This document shows, in pieces, positions 38,145 to 47,509 of a stretch of 64,000 nucleotides of DNA. The position numbers and the translations under genes are program-made. Numbering within the stretch: position 1 is the stretch's first letter; each line of letters starts with the position of its first letter. The stretch comes from a virus. Taxonomy: Duplodnaviria > Heunggongvirae > Uroviricota > Caudoviricetes. The DNA lies in IMG/VR virus record IMGVR_UViG_3300020576_001396, positions 1 to 64,000 of that record. One strand, 5' to 3'. The notes beneath the pieces were generated by a model. The model was not told the DNA's origin, did not search any database, and worked only from the letters and a program-made list of their open reading frames with translations.

Positions 38145-39433
38145 ATCAAACAGAAAAAATCAAAAATAGGATTGACTTTAAAAAGTTGACATCAACCTTA
38201 GCAATCCAAACTAAATCCTACAAAGATGAAAATATGATATCTTTCATACGTGAAAGACTTAGTCATATGGAAGTCACTGTACAGGAAGATACATATGGTA
38301 ATATCTATGTGACTAAAGGCGAAGCTAAGGGATATCCTTGCGTTATTGCACATACTGATACTGTCCACGATGTATTAAAAGAAGTTAGCATCTTCAGAGA
38401 TGGAGATACTATGTTTGCATTTGACCCTATTAAACGCACTCAATGCGGTATTGGGGGAGATGATAAAGTAGGAGTGTATATCACGTTACAACTACTTGAA
38501 GACATTTCTGTAATGAAAGCTGTATTCTTCAGAGATGAAGAAGTTGGATGTAAAGGTTCAACTTATTCCATGAAACATCACAAAGACTGGTATAATGATT
38601 GTAACTTTGCACTTATGGCTGACCGTAGAGGTAACAGTGATACTATTACTGTCTCTAACGGTATTGTAATATCAAGTAAAGAATTCCTTGAAGCCTGTGA
38701 TCCTATATTAGAAAAGTATGGTTATAAAGATGCTATTGGTATATATACTGATATTGATGTACTTACATCCGGAGGTATCGGAGTTAGTACTACAAACCTA
38801 TCATGTGGTTATCATAACCCACACAGTAGTATAGAATTCGTTTCTATAAGTGATGTTAATATATGCTACAACTTAATGTATGACATCCTTATTGAACACG
38901 GAGAAAAAAGATTTGATTACGTAGCGAATATTCCTACGTATAAATATACCTATAAAAAAGCCGGTCAGACAATTCGCGATAGTTTACTTAGCGATGTTAT
39001 CAAAACCGGAGCTGCTACACCTATTGGTCAACGGCAGTTAAAATGCTTTCCTCCTTTAACTTTTGGTAATAATTCTAAGCAATATGATTTATTTGCTGAG
39101 AATGATGTTATTAAGGGTAAGTATAAGATTTATTCGTATAAAGGCTCTAGAGCTCTTATGTTAACCGGTGAAGCTCAATGCAGTAAATGTAAAAGCTCGG
39201 TTATAGAAAACGTTTATTTCTTACCTTATGAAGGAAGAATGTACTGTACCATATGTAATGATTACGTTAACGATACTAAAGTTCCCGCTTTATTGCAGAA
39301 ACTTGAAGTTGAAGATGGCGGCACTACATTTGTATACAGTTTGTATTCCGATGGTTGGCTCATAAAAGAGGACGCCAAATGGGATACTAAAATATCATCC
39401 TGGGTCTCGACCCAATTACCTTTTTTAACCTAA
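38141..39433 (+). CDS. M42/M28/M20-family metallopeptidase-like protein with a C-terminal zinc ribbon
   Basis: 430 aa. AHTDTVHD, GGDDKVG, DEEVGCKG and GYHNPH match the His/Asp, Asp-Asp, Glu-Glu, His metal-ligand order of co-catalytic zinc aminopeptidases. C-terminal CSKCKS...CTICND. Confidence 0.5.
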   Translation: MNQTEKIKNRIDFKKLTSTLAIQTKSYKDENMISFIRERLSHMEVTVQEDTYGNIYVTKGEAKGYPCVIAHTDTVHDVLKEVSIFRDGDTMFAFDPIKRTQCGIGGDDKVGVYITLQLLEDISVMKAVFFRDEEVGCKGSTYSMKHHKDWYNDCNFALMADRRGNSDTITVSNGIVISSKEFLEACDPILEKYGYKDAIGIYTDIDVLTSGGIGVSTTNLSCGYHNPHSSIEFVSISDVNICYNLMYDILIEHGEKRFDYVANIPTYKYTYKKAGQTIRDSLLSDVIKTGAATPIGQRQLKCFPPLTFGNNSKQYDLFAENDVIKGKYKIYSYKGSRALMLTGEAQCSKCKSSVIENVYFLPYEGRMYCTICNDYVNDTKVPALLQKLEVEDGGTTFVYSLYSDGWLIKEDAKWDTKISSWVSTQLPFLT

Positions 39434-39438
39434 AATAA

Positions 39439-39858
39439 ATGAATGTGAGTGGTGAAGAAAGCCACTCAACATCCAACAAGAAGGTAAAAAATGCCACTCC
39501 CCTTGAATATGACAGTGTCAACTTCAAAAGTAAGTTGGAGATGTACTGTTATAAGCTCTTAAAAGAAAACAACATACCTGTCGAATATGAAGTGGTTAAA
39601 TTTCAAATACTTGATCCGTTTGTCTACCAAGATGAAAAGGTCAGGGGAATGATTTTTACACCTGATTTCGTAGGTGATAATTTCGTAGTAGAGTGTAAAG
39701 GCTTCATGAATGACGCGTTCCCACTTCGGTGGAAACTATTTAAACATCATTTAATGACGCATAAACTCCGCTACGACTTATATTTACCTAGGAATAAGAA
39801 AGATGTTGAGAAGGTTGTATTAGAAATAGTAAATAACTTAAAAGGTAGGTTATTATAA
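39439..39858 (+). CDS. Small PD-(D/E)xK-fold nuclease candidate
   Basis: 139 aa. TPDFVGDNFVVECKG matches the PD...E.K core. Confidence 0.35.
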   Translation: MNVSGEESHSTSNKKVKNATPLEYDSVNFKSKLEMYCYKLLKENNIPVEYEVVKFQILDPFVYQDEKVRGMIFTPDFVGDNFVVECKGFMNDAFPLRWKLFKHHLMTHKLRYDLYLPRNKKDVEKVVLEIVNNLKGRLL

Positions 39859-40949
39859 TGAATGAAAAGAAGTATTACTCAGTTCCCTATATATCAAACT
39901 CTACTTTAACTTGGTTTAAAGTTTCTCCAAAATATTGTTGGAAAAGAATGAATCGTGAAATTGCTGATGAAGAGAAGTCATATTCTTTTTTAGGCAAGCA
40001 ACTTCATTTGAGTTTGTTAGAACCAGAGGAATTTGAGAAGATGTATACTTACTTAGATTTTAAAGCTCCTACGAGTAAACAGCAACTAAGTTTCTGTGAA
40101 GATTATATAACATATACTAAAACAAAAAGTGCTTTAGATATTGATGAGAATGAAACCTTATCACACGAAGCTTCTCTAGTTTATGCGTATGAAAGTAATT
40201 ATATAGCAGAAAAAATGACTCCAGTTGCTAAATTAAAAGCTGCCGAAAAGATTTACGAAACTAACTCAGAGTATATAAAATACCTCGAAGTTCGAGGAGA
40301 CTACCGTGAAGTACTAAGTAAGTCACGAAAAGAGTTAATAACAACCGTCACAAATGCAATTAAAAGTCATAAAAAGGCTAACACTCTTTTAAATGACGAT
40401 TTGATCCATGCTGCTTTTTCCCGCAACGAATTTGCAATATACTGGGAATACCCAATCTATTACAATGGAGAAGCTTTAAAGTGTAAATCGCTTATAGATC
40501 GGCTTGTCGTCGATCGTATAAATAAGAAAGTTACTATAGTCGATCTAAAGACTACGTCAACTTTGGGAGATATGACAGACCAAATATCGAATCGACATTA
40601 TTGGAGACAATTAGCCTTTTATAGACTTGCTGTCCAACATTCAAAACAAATTCCAGACGATTACGAATACGAAGCCTACATAGTGTCAGTGAACACGCAA
40701 GACCCATACGAGTGTCGTGTGTATAAACTTTCTGATGCAGAATATAATAAGCAAGTTCATGAGATTAATACCCTTATGACACAGATAAGTTGGCATTGGT
40801 TTACCAACCAGTGGGAATACTCACGCGCTTACTATGAAGGTGACGGTACTGAAAATCTTATAGATGAATACAGTAACGAATCGAATGAAAGAATTGAGTA
40901 TGACTCAGGCGACCCGTTTCGTGTTGCCGATGTTGTATTCGAAGGATAG
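39858..40949 (+). CDS. PD-(D/E)xK nuclease (RecB/Cas4/YqaJ-like recombination exonuclease)
   Basis: 363 aa. LIDRLVVDR...VTIVDLKTTS matches the D..(D/E)xK motifs. Confidence 0.55.
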   Translation: MNEKKYYSVPYISNSTLTWFKVSPKYCWKRMNREIADEEKSYSFLGKQLHLSLLEPEEFEKMYTYLDFKAPTSKQQLSFCEDYITYTKTKSALDIDENETLSHEASLVYAYESNYIAEKMTPVAKLKAAEKIYETNSEYIKYLEVRGDYREVLSKSRKELITTVTNAIKSHKKANTLLNDDLIHAAFSRNEFAIYWEYPIYYNGEALKCKSLIDRLVVDRINKKVTIVDLKTTSTLGDMTDQISNRHYWRQLAFYRLAVQHSKQIPDDYEYEAYIVSVNTQDPYECRVYKLSDAEYNKQVHEINTLMTQISWHWFTNQWEYSRAYYEGDGTENLIDEYSNESNERIEYDSGDPFRVADVVFEG

Positions 40950-41409
40950 GAATGATAATTTCTTCATTACAAAAAATTTCGAAAACTGTTACATAGGTGA
41001 TGGTAACCATCCTCAATTAGGTAAGAAGATATTCTTACTTTATGATTATAAAATGACTGTCGAGTTCGTAAAATTCGAAAGAAAATTAGAACTTATGTCA
41101 GATTTTAATACAGACTATGACTATGGTGATGAAAACCAAGTTATGTATGTACTTGATATACCTGAAGAACATGTTGAAGACTTTCAACTGTTTTTAAAAG
41201 GTAAATATTCTCAATTCAGTAATGATTTGAAACTCAAGATATTAAAATTCTGGGATATCAAAGACGAAACTTCTACTATTTATAGAGTTCTTTACGCTAA
41301 CGAATCTATAAAAGAAGGAGAATTAATCATTGATAGTGACAGTTGTGCTGAGAATGAGTATTGGCCAAAGCCAGTTCTGTCAAGAGAAATTTACATGAAT
41401 CCGAATTAA
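40864..41409 (+). CDS. Hypothetical protein. The track start overlaps the upstream gene by 86 nt, so the true start is probably an internal Met.
   Basis: 181 aa ORF. Confidence 0.4.
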   Translation: MNTVTNRMKELSMTQATRFVLPMLYSKDRNDNFFITKNFENCYIGDGNHPQLGKKIFLLYDYKMTVEFVKFERKLELMSDFNTDYDYGDENQVMYVLDIPEEHVEDFQLFLKGKYSQFSNDLKLKILKFWDIKDETSTIYRVLYANESIKEGELIIDSDSCAENEYWPKPVLSREIYMNPN

Positions 41410-41500
41410 GTAAAAGAAAGGAGAAAGACTAGAAGATTGTGCGTTAAAGTCGCCCTTAAGGAATCCATACTTCACTTTCTCCTTTTTATTATATCTCTTT

Positions 41501-42298
41501 ATGAACAATTATGATCGATTAATGTATCTAATACTCGGCCGAATATTAACTTTATTTGGCATGAGAATAGCGGGTGAGAAACGAATTGTTTTCTTATACC
41601 GTATACGAAATTACACAAATGCTTATGGAAAGAAAGAGACTGTTAAAGTAATCACACTTACAGAAGATATATCAGAAGCCTTTGCTTTCTTAAACATGGA
41701 CTATGACGACTACAAAAAACAAGAATTTAAAACCATTTTCGATTTCACATCATGGGTGACAGACAATTGCAAATACTTAACTGTAGGTGTTATTCGTAAC
41801 ATCGAACGTGAAGTAAATACGACACCGAAAGGCGAAAGAGATGAGATACTCTCTATGGCAGGTCGCTTTGCAGAGACTGTGAAAATAGGACATGTTGTCC
41901 TACGAGATTTTCAATATGCTCCTTTAGTAATGTATGATAACTTAAGAGAGAAAATTGTGAGAAACTTCTTTTATGAGGAGAAGGTTCAGAACGAGTTCAT
42001 TAATCTTAAGTTGATACATTTAAAAGAAGTTGAACTTCCGGGGAAATTTTCCCCGTTGCAAGTAGTTAGTTGGATTAGACCTTTACGGGCTAAGCCGATT
42101 CTAACAGGAATTTTTACTACGTCTTTTGTTAACTATATTACACAGTATGAGACTGCAAAGTTTCCGCGTTTCTTAGTTGACGCAGATGTAGCAAGTATTA
42201 AAAAAGAGGTGATAAGTTACTACTATAATATTTTTCCGCAATCTGAAATGTATCGAGCATACGTATTAGAACACAAGGAAGAGAATGAAGTAGAATAG
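41501..42298 (+). CDS. Hypothetical protein
   Basis: 265 aa. Last gene of the plus-strand block. Confidence 0.55.
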   Translation: MNNYDRLMYLILGRILTLFGMRIAGEKRIVFLYRIRNYTNAYGKKETVKVITLTEDISEAFAFLNMDYDDYKKQEFKTIFDFTSWVTDNCKYLTVGVIRNIEREVNTTPKGERDEILSMAGRFAETVKIGHVVLRDFQYAPLVMYDNLREKIVRNFFYEEKVQNEFINLKLIHLKEVELPGKFSPLQVVSWIRPLRAKPILTGIFTTSFVNYITQYETAKFPRFLVDADVASIKKEVISYYYNIFPQSEMYRAYVLEHKEENEVE

Positions 42299-42334
42299 GC
42301 GTTTCCTGGTTATACGTTGATAATAAATGAAAAA

Positions 42335-42366
42335 GGGGATTCTGCTTCTGGTTGAGCGGAGTCCCC
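42335..42366. terminator. Bidirectional terminator hairpin at the convergent junction
   Basis: GGGGATTCTGC...GCGGAGTCCCC hairpin, flanked by AAAA upstream and TTATCATTTT downstream. Confidence 0.5.
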
Positions 42367-42390
42367 TTATCATTTTAAAAATAATATTTT

Positions 42391-42828
42391 TTATATATTT
42401 TCTAAATATAAAATAGATTGTTTTAAAAGATGTATATTATCTTTTACATGCCCTAATAATAAATTACATTTTCTACAAAGAAGACCTCTTACTTTTAAAG
42501 TTTTATGATCGTGATCTACAGCTAGTGATATATTTAAATTAGATTGGTGCTCTTTACAAATAGCGCAACATCCCTGTTGTTCTGTAAACATATTATTATA
42601 ATCTTCTAAAGTAATACCATATTTTATTTGTAATATACGATTACGTCTTGAATATTTAGAAGGATATAGAGTTTCATCACACTTTAAACAATGTTTAGAA
42701 TATTTAAAATCCCCATTTTTATGTCTTCCCTTACAACGGACTTTATTTTTATTACATAATACGCATATCGCATTTTTAATATTTTTACGTGGATGTAATT
42801 TCATGTTGAGCCTGCCTCTTTTCATTTT
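42391..42828 (-). CDS. HNH endonuclease of the endonuclease-VII type, with N-terminal zinc fingers
   Basis: CAICKEHQSNLNISLAVDHDHKTLKVRGLLCRKCNLLLG motif. The start is set at the internal Met (MKRGRLN) so it does not overlap the 1555-aa gene. The track ORF is 42391..42987. Confidence 0.7.
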   Translation of the reverse strand, partial: KMKRGRLNMKLHPRKNIKNAICVLCNKNKVRCKGRHKNGDFKYSKHCLKCDETLYPSKYSRRNRILQIKYGITLEDYNNMFTEQQGCCAICKEHQSNLNISLAVDHDHKTLKVRGLLCRKCNLLLGHVKDNIHLLKQSILYLENI

Positions 42829-42838
42829 ATATGATGAA

Positions 42839-45800
42839 TTACTGTTGAAACCACGATAATTGGTCACCGATATTCGTAACTCTATCCCATTGCTTATACA
42901 CGGGTAAAATATTATTAAAGGTCTTTGCAAGCTTAAGATGGCCCTTCCACGATCCTTGCTGATACTCTTGAAATTCAAGCGTACCACTATATAAAGGATA
43001 CATTACCTGTCCCATAAGCTTTAAAGTATTTTCTAATAACGACATTGTAGCCATTGGTGATCGTAGAATCTGCATTGTAGCCATTGGGTTCAAGAAGAAT
43101 AATAACTCAGCACGTAAACGCATTGCTTGATAAGCAGCGTTGTTTAAAAATAGATTATCTTTATCATCATCGTCTGCTTTAGCTCTCATAAGTATAGCAG
43201 CCATTATAACTGTTATTGCGAAAGCTGTCATTTCCCCAGCCAAACGTACCATGTTAGCACGTTCCATATCCGTCATTTTGTACTTACCCTTTCTGCCCAT
43301 GGCTTCCATAGCCTCGAACTTAAAGTGCATGTAGTCAACCATAAACTGCTTAGCTAATCTACCAAAGGTTATGTAATACCCTTCAGTACTATCATCTAAT
43401 AAGTTGTTTATACCTTTCTTCTCCCACCTACGTTTGAATCCAGGTACTATAAACCTACGAAATAATATAGCCATACGTCCTAATGCCTGACGTTGTAGTG
43501 CTGATTGACCTATCTTGGAGTATTCCCCATGCATCGCTGTAAGCACTCTGTGCATACGTGCTGAAAACGCTGTCTGGTCTGCTTCAGTAAAGTTAGCAAC
43601 CTTCTCGTCGATTTTAAGTCTATTCGTTTCCTCGTCAACAGAAATATGATCGAGCATACTACCAAGGTCGTTACCATCTTTATCATATGCTTTAAGTGTT
43701 TTTAACATCGCTAACATGAACCTAGTCTGCATATAATGTTCACCAGCGTGTGATGTAAAGAACAGTGTATTAGTGTTCATTAAGTTAGCAAAACGAGAGT
43801 TGATGTTAATCTTACCGTCTATTTCCTCGTTTAAGGTGGTAAAGCGCTCGTTTAAGAGACTTACTATATTTGTAGGTCTCCTCATACCAATATCATTCAT
43901 GATGCCTCCTAGGTTCTTATAATAGTAACCTGTGGCATTTTTTAAGTCTTTAATTGTAGTGTACTGTCCTGCAAACGCTTCGTTAATCTGAGTAATCTCA
44001 CCTAAGTTAACGTTAGCTATACCTGCAACGAAGTTCATACCTAACATGTTAAGAGCAGTAAACGAGTTTAAAGCATCTAAAGCTTTAGCTCTATCCATGG
44101 TGAAACCAAATATATTTACATCTGGTTCCTCATCATGCTCCATACCGTATATGTTAGCCTTTAAGAAGTCTGCTACCTGAGCAGCAAGCATTGACTTACG
44201 TCCTGAATCTACAAGGGCTTTATCTCTAATGCTCTCCCCTATCCTACGTATCTTCTTAGCAGTAGCATCTGTGATAATGTTACCTTTAGCATCTCTACGT
44301 ATAACATCACGATCGTTAATAAAGTAGTTAGTCATTTCTAACTCGGCTAATACTTCGTACTTGTTACCGAAGTCTACAGCCATTTTTATGTAATTGAAAT
44401 ATAGTGAAGCTATATCAAAAGACTGATCGTATATAGGAAGTTTCTGACCAACATCATGGGTCTTATTCTGTGTGTAGTAAATAGGTAAGAAGTACACAGG
44501 CTCATTGGCTTCATTTACTAATTCTGATTTCTCAGTACCTTCAACAACACCCTCAGCCTTAGCTGCTTCCTTCTTCTCTTTACCTACTGCATTTAATTCT
44601 TCGTCAGGAGTGTTAAGTAATCCACCTTTATCAGTGTCAGTATTTTGCTTTTTAAACTTAGCGTTAAACTCGTACTTTAAGAAGTCTGCTTTAGACATTC
44701 CTAATGCACCAGATGCTTTATATCTCTGACCCATAGTCTTCATCATAGAAGGTAGTTCTGTAGTAAGAGAGTATTTACCTGGAAGTCTGGCTGCGGCTTG
44801 ATCTATTGTCTCTGTTATAAAGTCATAGAATTTAACTCTTTCGTCATTAGGGTTACTTTTACGTATGGCTTCTAACGCGTACCACTTAGCATTAATCTTT
44901 TTATAGTAGCCTGATGGATTTCTAAATGTCCACTCGTTACGTCTCTCAAAACTATCTACTATATCCCTAGCATTTTGTGTCTTAAATATCTTAGCTATAG
45001 GTACACGTACTTCTCTAGTAGTTACCTTAGCGTTACTGATGTATCTAGCTTTCTCCTTGTCTGTAATTATACCTTCTTCCTGTAGTTTATTAGCCAGCTC
45101 AATACGTGCATTAAGCCAAGCCTCTTTGTCTCTAGGAGCATTTTTCTCTTTCCACTCGTATATAATTCTACGTTTCTGATCGTCAGAAGGTTTTATACCG
45201 TTGTTGTTCTTATATGTATCCGACATTACCTGGTTATATAAATCCCAGAAGTCGTTGATAAGTTTAGAAGGTAGTGACGATATAATATTCTGTAATGGTC
45301 TACCTGTATCAGGGTCGGTCTCAATCATCCAATCCCAGAATTTCTCATCAGGTACACCTATGGTTCTACCTAACTGTTTCTCTAACGCTGTTACTCTATC
45401 TACAAACTGATACTTATACTCAAGTATCTGTAGATTAGATTTCTCCTGTATATCAAATACAGCTCTAGCTAAAGCAGAGGATATAACATCTCTACTATCA
45501 AGTATAGTGTCTATATATCTAGTTAAGAATCCTACATCTCCTTCAGCTTTACCAAGTTCACGTAGTATAAGATCACGCGTCTCTTTCTCAATTTGATGTA
45601 GATTCTCGTTAAGCTGCTGCATTATGTACTGAGCTTTAGTAAGACCCTTTTGTTCTTCAGGAGTCATGTCTAACCACTTTCTTTCGTACTCCTCACGCTT
45701 AAGTACTTTAACGTGATTAACATATGGAAATAGGTAGTCAACAATAAGTTCTTTACCTTTGTCTATATATAACTGTTGTATTTTATTCTTAACAGCGATA

Positions 45801-47506
45801 GCTTCATCAAGCATTGGTATAAGTAAATCAAGTATGTTAACTACTTTACCACCTGTAAGTTTCTTGAATTCCTTTTCACCTATAATAGCTTGTAACAAAG
45901 CTTTGTTCTCATAGAACATCTGTGTCAACGCTTTCTGGTCAGAAGCCTCACCAAACGCATCTACCTGTCCTCTAACATCGTCGTATAAGCGTCTAAGGTC
46001 TTCTAGCATATCCCATGAAGCAACTGATGTACGCCACTCTGATAGTAGCTTAGCAGTCATAGGTTCAGCATTAGGTATCTTACCTTGACTAAGTTCCTTG
46101 TTCTTAGGATATCTAACGTTCTTCTGATATTCAATATACTTATCATTCATCTGTTTAGTTGATTCAACAGCAAAACGAATCATATGTATCAAACTCTTTG
46201 TAGGATTAAGTCCTTGCAAACGAGGCATAGTCTCTTCCAAAGCTTTATACTCCGGTGTTTCTTTACCTTTCTTAGAATAGACTTCCAGTTTCTTACTTAA
46301 AGCTTTAACAGCCTTAGTCTGTAACTTTTCTTCCTCTACAATAAGTTTATCAATAAGTGTAAGAGAGTCGCCAAGTTTCTTACTATACTGGTCATATCTA
46401 GACACAGCACCTTGTATATACATACCAGCTTGCTTGTCCTCAACTGAAGCACGTTCTTTAGTCTTTACTTCCTCACCATATACTAGTCTTTGTGCAAGAT
46501 CAAGTACTACAGAACTCTCTATGCCTAACATGGCCCTAAGCCTACGCATGAAGCGTACAAGCCATCTAAGCCATTTATTCTGCTGTTCCTGGTCTTTAAA
46601 CAACTCTGCTACCTTTAAACCAACAGCTGTAGTAAGTATCTCTTTGTCTATTCTATCGTCATTACGCTGTACTAATTCAGGATAAGCAGCCATTACAGAC
46701 TTCTCTATGTCAGAACCTTTAAGCTGTTCTCTACCTAGTTTAATCATGGGGTTAGACATACCCCCTAGTATATCTATAAGTACGTGACCATACTCATGGC
46801 CTATTGAATCCGTAGTCATAAGTGTAGGGTTAATACGTATAGTCCTACCCCCCGCCTCAACTACCGCAATAGACATTATAGTCTCGTCATACATTACTGT
46901 GGTAATATAAGGTATAGCCTTCTGTAATACAGCTATCTTAGACTTAAGTCCTTCTTTAGTTTCTGGCTCTGTTTGTATACCTTGAAGTTTACGACTTTCT
47001 TCTGGCAACCCATTGGCTTCAGCATTACGTGCAGCGTCTTCTGCTGCGAGATCAGCACGCTGTTGATTGCGTACTATATGTAAGTTATGAAGTTCGTTTA
47101 AATCGCCTACAAAGCGTCTATCATAGGCTTTAACAGGGAACTTACCTTTTACAGGAGTACCACGTTCAAAGTACATCTCACCTTTCTCAAGAGCGTAACG
47201 TGTATTAAGTTCACGTACCATGTCATCAGCCTTCTTCCTAAAGAAATACTTAGTATCAGGTCTGGGTAACCCATCAACTGTAGACCACTTCTTAGTGTCC
47301 ACTAAACCTTCAGCTTTATTGACATCCCACACACGTTGGTTATGACCAGCGTCAAGACTACCTTCTTTTGCTAGGACGTTGAGTTCCCCTTCTGAGGGAA
47401 CCCTACCACCAAGCTGATCAAATATGATAAGAGCAATGTCTTTACCGTATTTAGTAACAGAATCCTGCCACTCTTTCAAATTTATATTAGGACATATACC
47501 TTTCAT
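42839..47506 (-). CDS. 1555-aa virion or ejected-cargo protein candidate with a zinc-metallopeptidase-like HExxH motif
   Basis: Uninterrupted 4.7-kb ORF in the late operon. IGHEYGHVLID encoded at 46785..46799. Confidence 0.75.
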   Translation of the reverse strand: MKGICPNINLKEWQDSVTKYGKDIALIIFDQLGGRVPSEGELNVLAKEGSLDAGHNQRVWDVNKAEGLVDTKKWSTVDGLPRPDTKYFFRKKADDMVRELNTRYALEKGEMYFERGTPVKGKFPVKAYDRRFVGDLNELHNLHIVRNQQRADLAAEDAARNAEANGLPEESRKLQGIQTEPETKEGLKSKIAVLQKAIPYITTVMYDETIMSIAVVEAGGRTIRINPTLMTTDSIGHEYGHVLIDILGGMSNPMIKLGREQLKGSDIEKSVMAAYPELVQRNDDRIDKEILTTAVGLKVAELFKDQEQQNKWLRWLVRFMRRLRAMLGIESSVVLDLAQRLVYGEEVKTKERASVEDKQAGMYIQGAVSRYDQYSKKLGDSLTLIDKLIVEEEKLQTKAVKALSKKLEVYSKKGKETPEYKALEETMPRLQGLNPTKSLIHMIRFAVESTKQMNDKYIEYQKNVRYPKNKELSQGKIPNAEPMTAKLLSEWRTSVASWDMLEDLRRLYDDVRGQVDAFGEASDQKALTQMFYENKALLQAIIGEKEFKKLTGGKVVNILDLLIPMLDEAIAVKNKIQQLYIDKGKELIVDYLFPYVNHVKVLKREEYERKWLDMTPEEQKGLTKAQYIMQQLNENLHQIEKETRDLILRELGKAEGDVGFLTRYIDTILDSRDVISSALARAVFDIQEKSNLQILEYKYQFVDRVTALEKQLGRTIGVPDEKFWDWMIETDPDTGRPLQNIISSLPSKLINDFWDLYNQVMSDTYKNNNGIKPSDDQKRRIIYEWKEKNAPRDKEAWLNARIELANKLQEEGIITDKEKARYISNAKVTTREVRVPIAKIFKTQNARDIVDSFERRNEWTFRNPSGYYKKINAKWYALEAIRKSNPNDERVKFYDFITETIDQAAARLPGKYSLTTELPSMMKTMGQRYKASGALGMSKADFLKYEFNAKFKKQNTDTDKGGLLNTPDEELNAVGKEKKEAAKAEGVVEGTEKSELVNEANEPVYFLPIYYTQNKTHDVGQKLPIYDQSFDIASLYFNYIKMAVDFGNKYEVLAELEMTNYFINDRDVIRRDAKGNIITDATAKKIRRIGESIRDKALVDSGRKSMLAAQVADFLKANIYGMEHDEEPDVNIFGFTMDRAKALDALNSFTALNMLGMNFVAGIANVNLGEITQINEAFAGQYTTIKDLKNATGYYYKNLGGIMNDIGMRRPTNIVSLLNERFTTLNEEIDGKININSRFANLMNTNTLFFTSHAGEHYMQTRFMLAMLKTLKAYDKDGNDLGSMLDHISVDEETNRLKIDEKVANFTEADQTAFSARMHRVLTAMHGEYSKIGQSALQRQALGRMAILFRRFIVPGFKRRWEKKGINNLLDDSTEGYYITFGRLAKQFMVDYMHFKFEAMEAMGRKGKYKMTDMERANMVRLAGEMTAFAITVIMAAILMRAKADDDDKDNLFLNNAAYQAMRLRAELLFFLNPMATMQILRSPMATMSLLENTLKLMGQVMYPLYSGTLEFQEYQQGSWKGHLKLAKTFNNILPVYKQWDRVTNIGDQLSWFQQ

Positions 47507-47509
47507 ATT

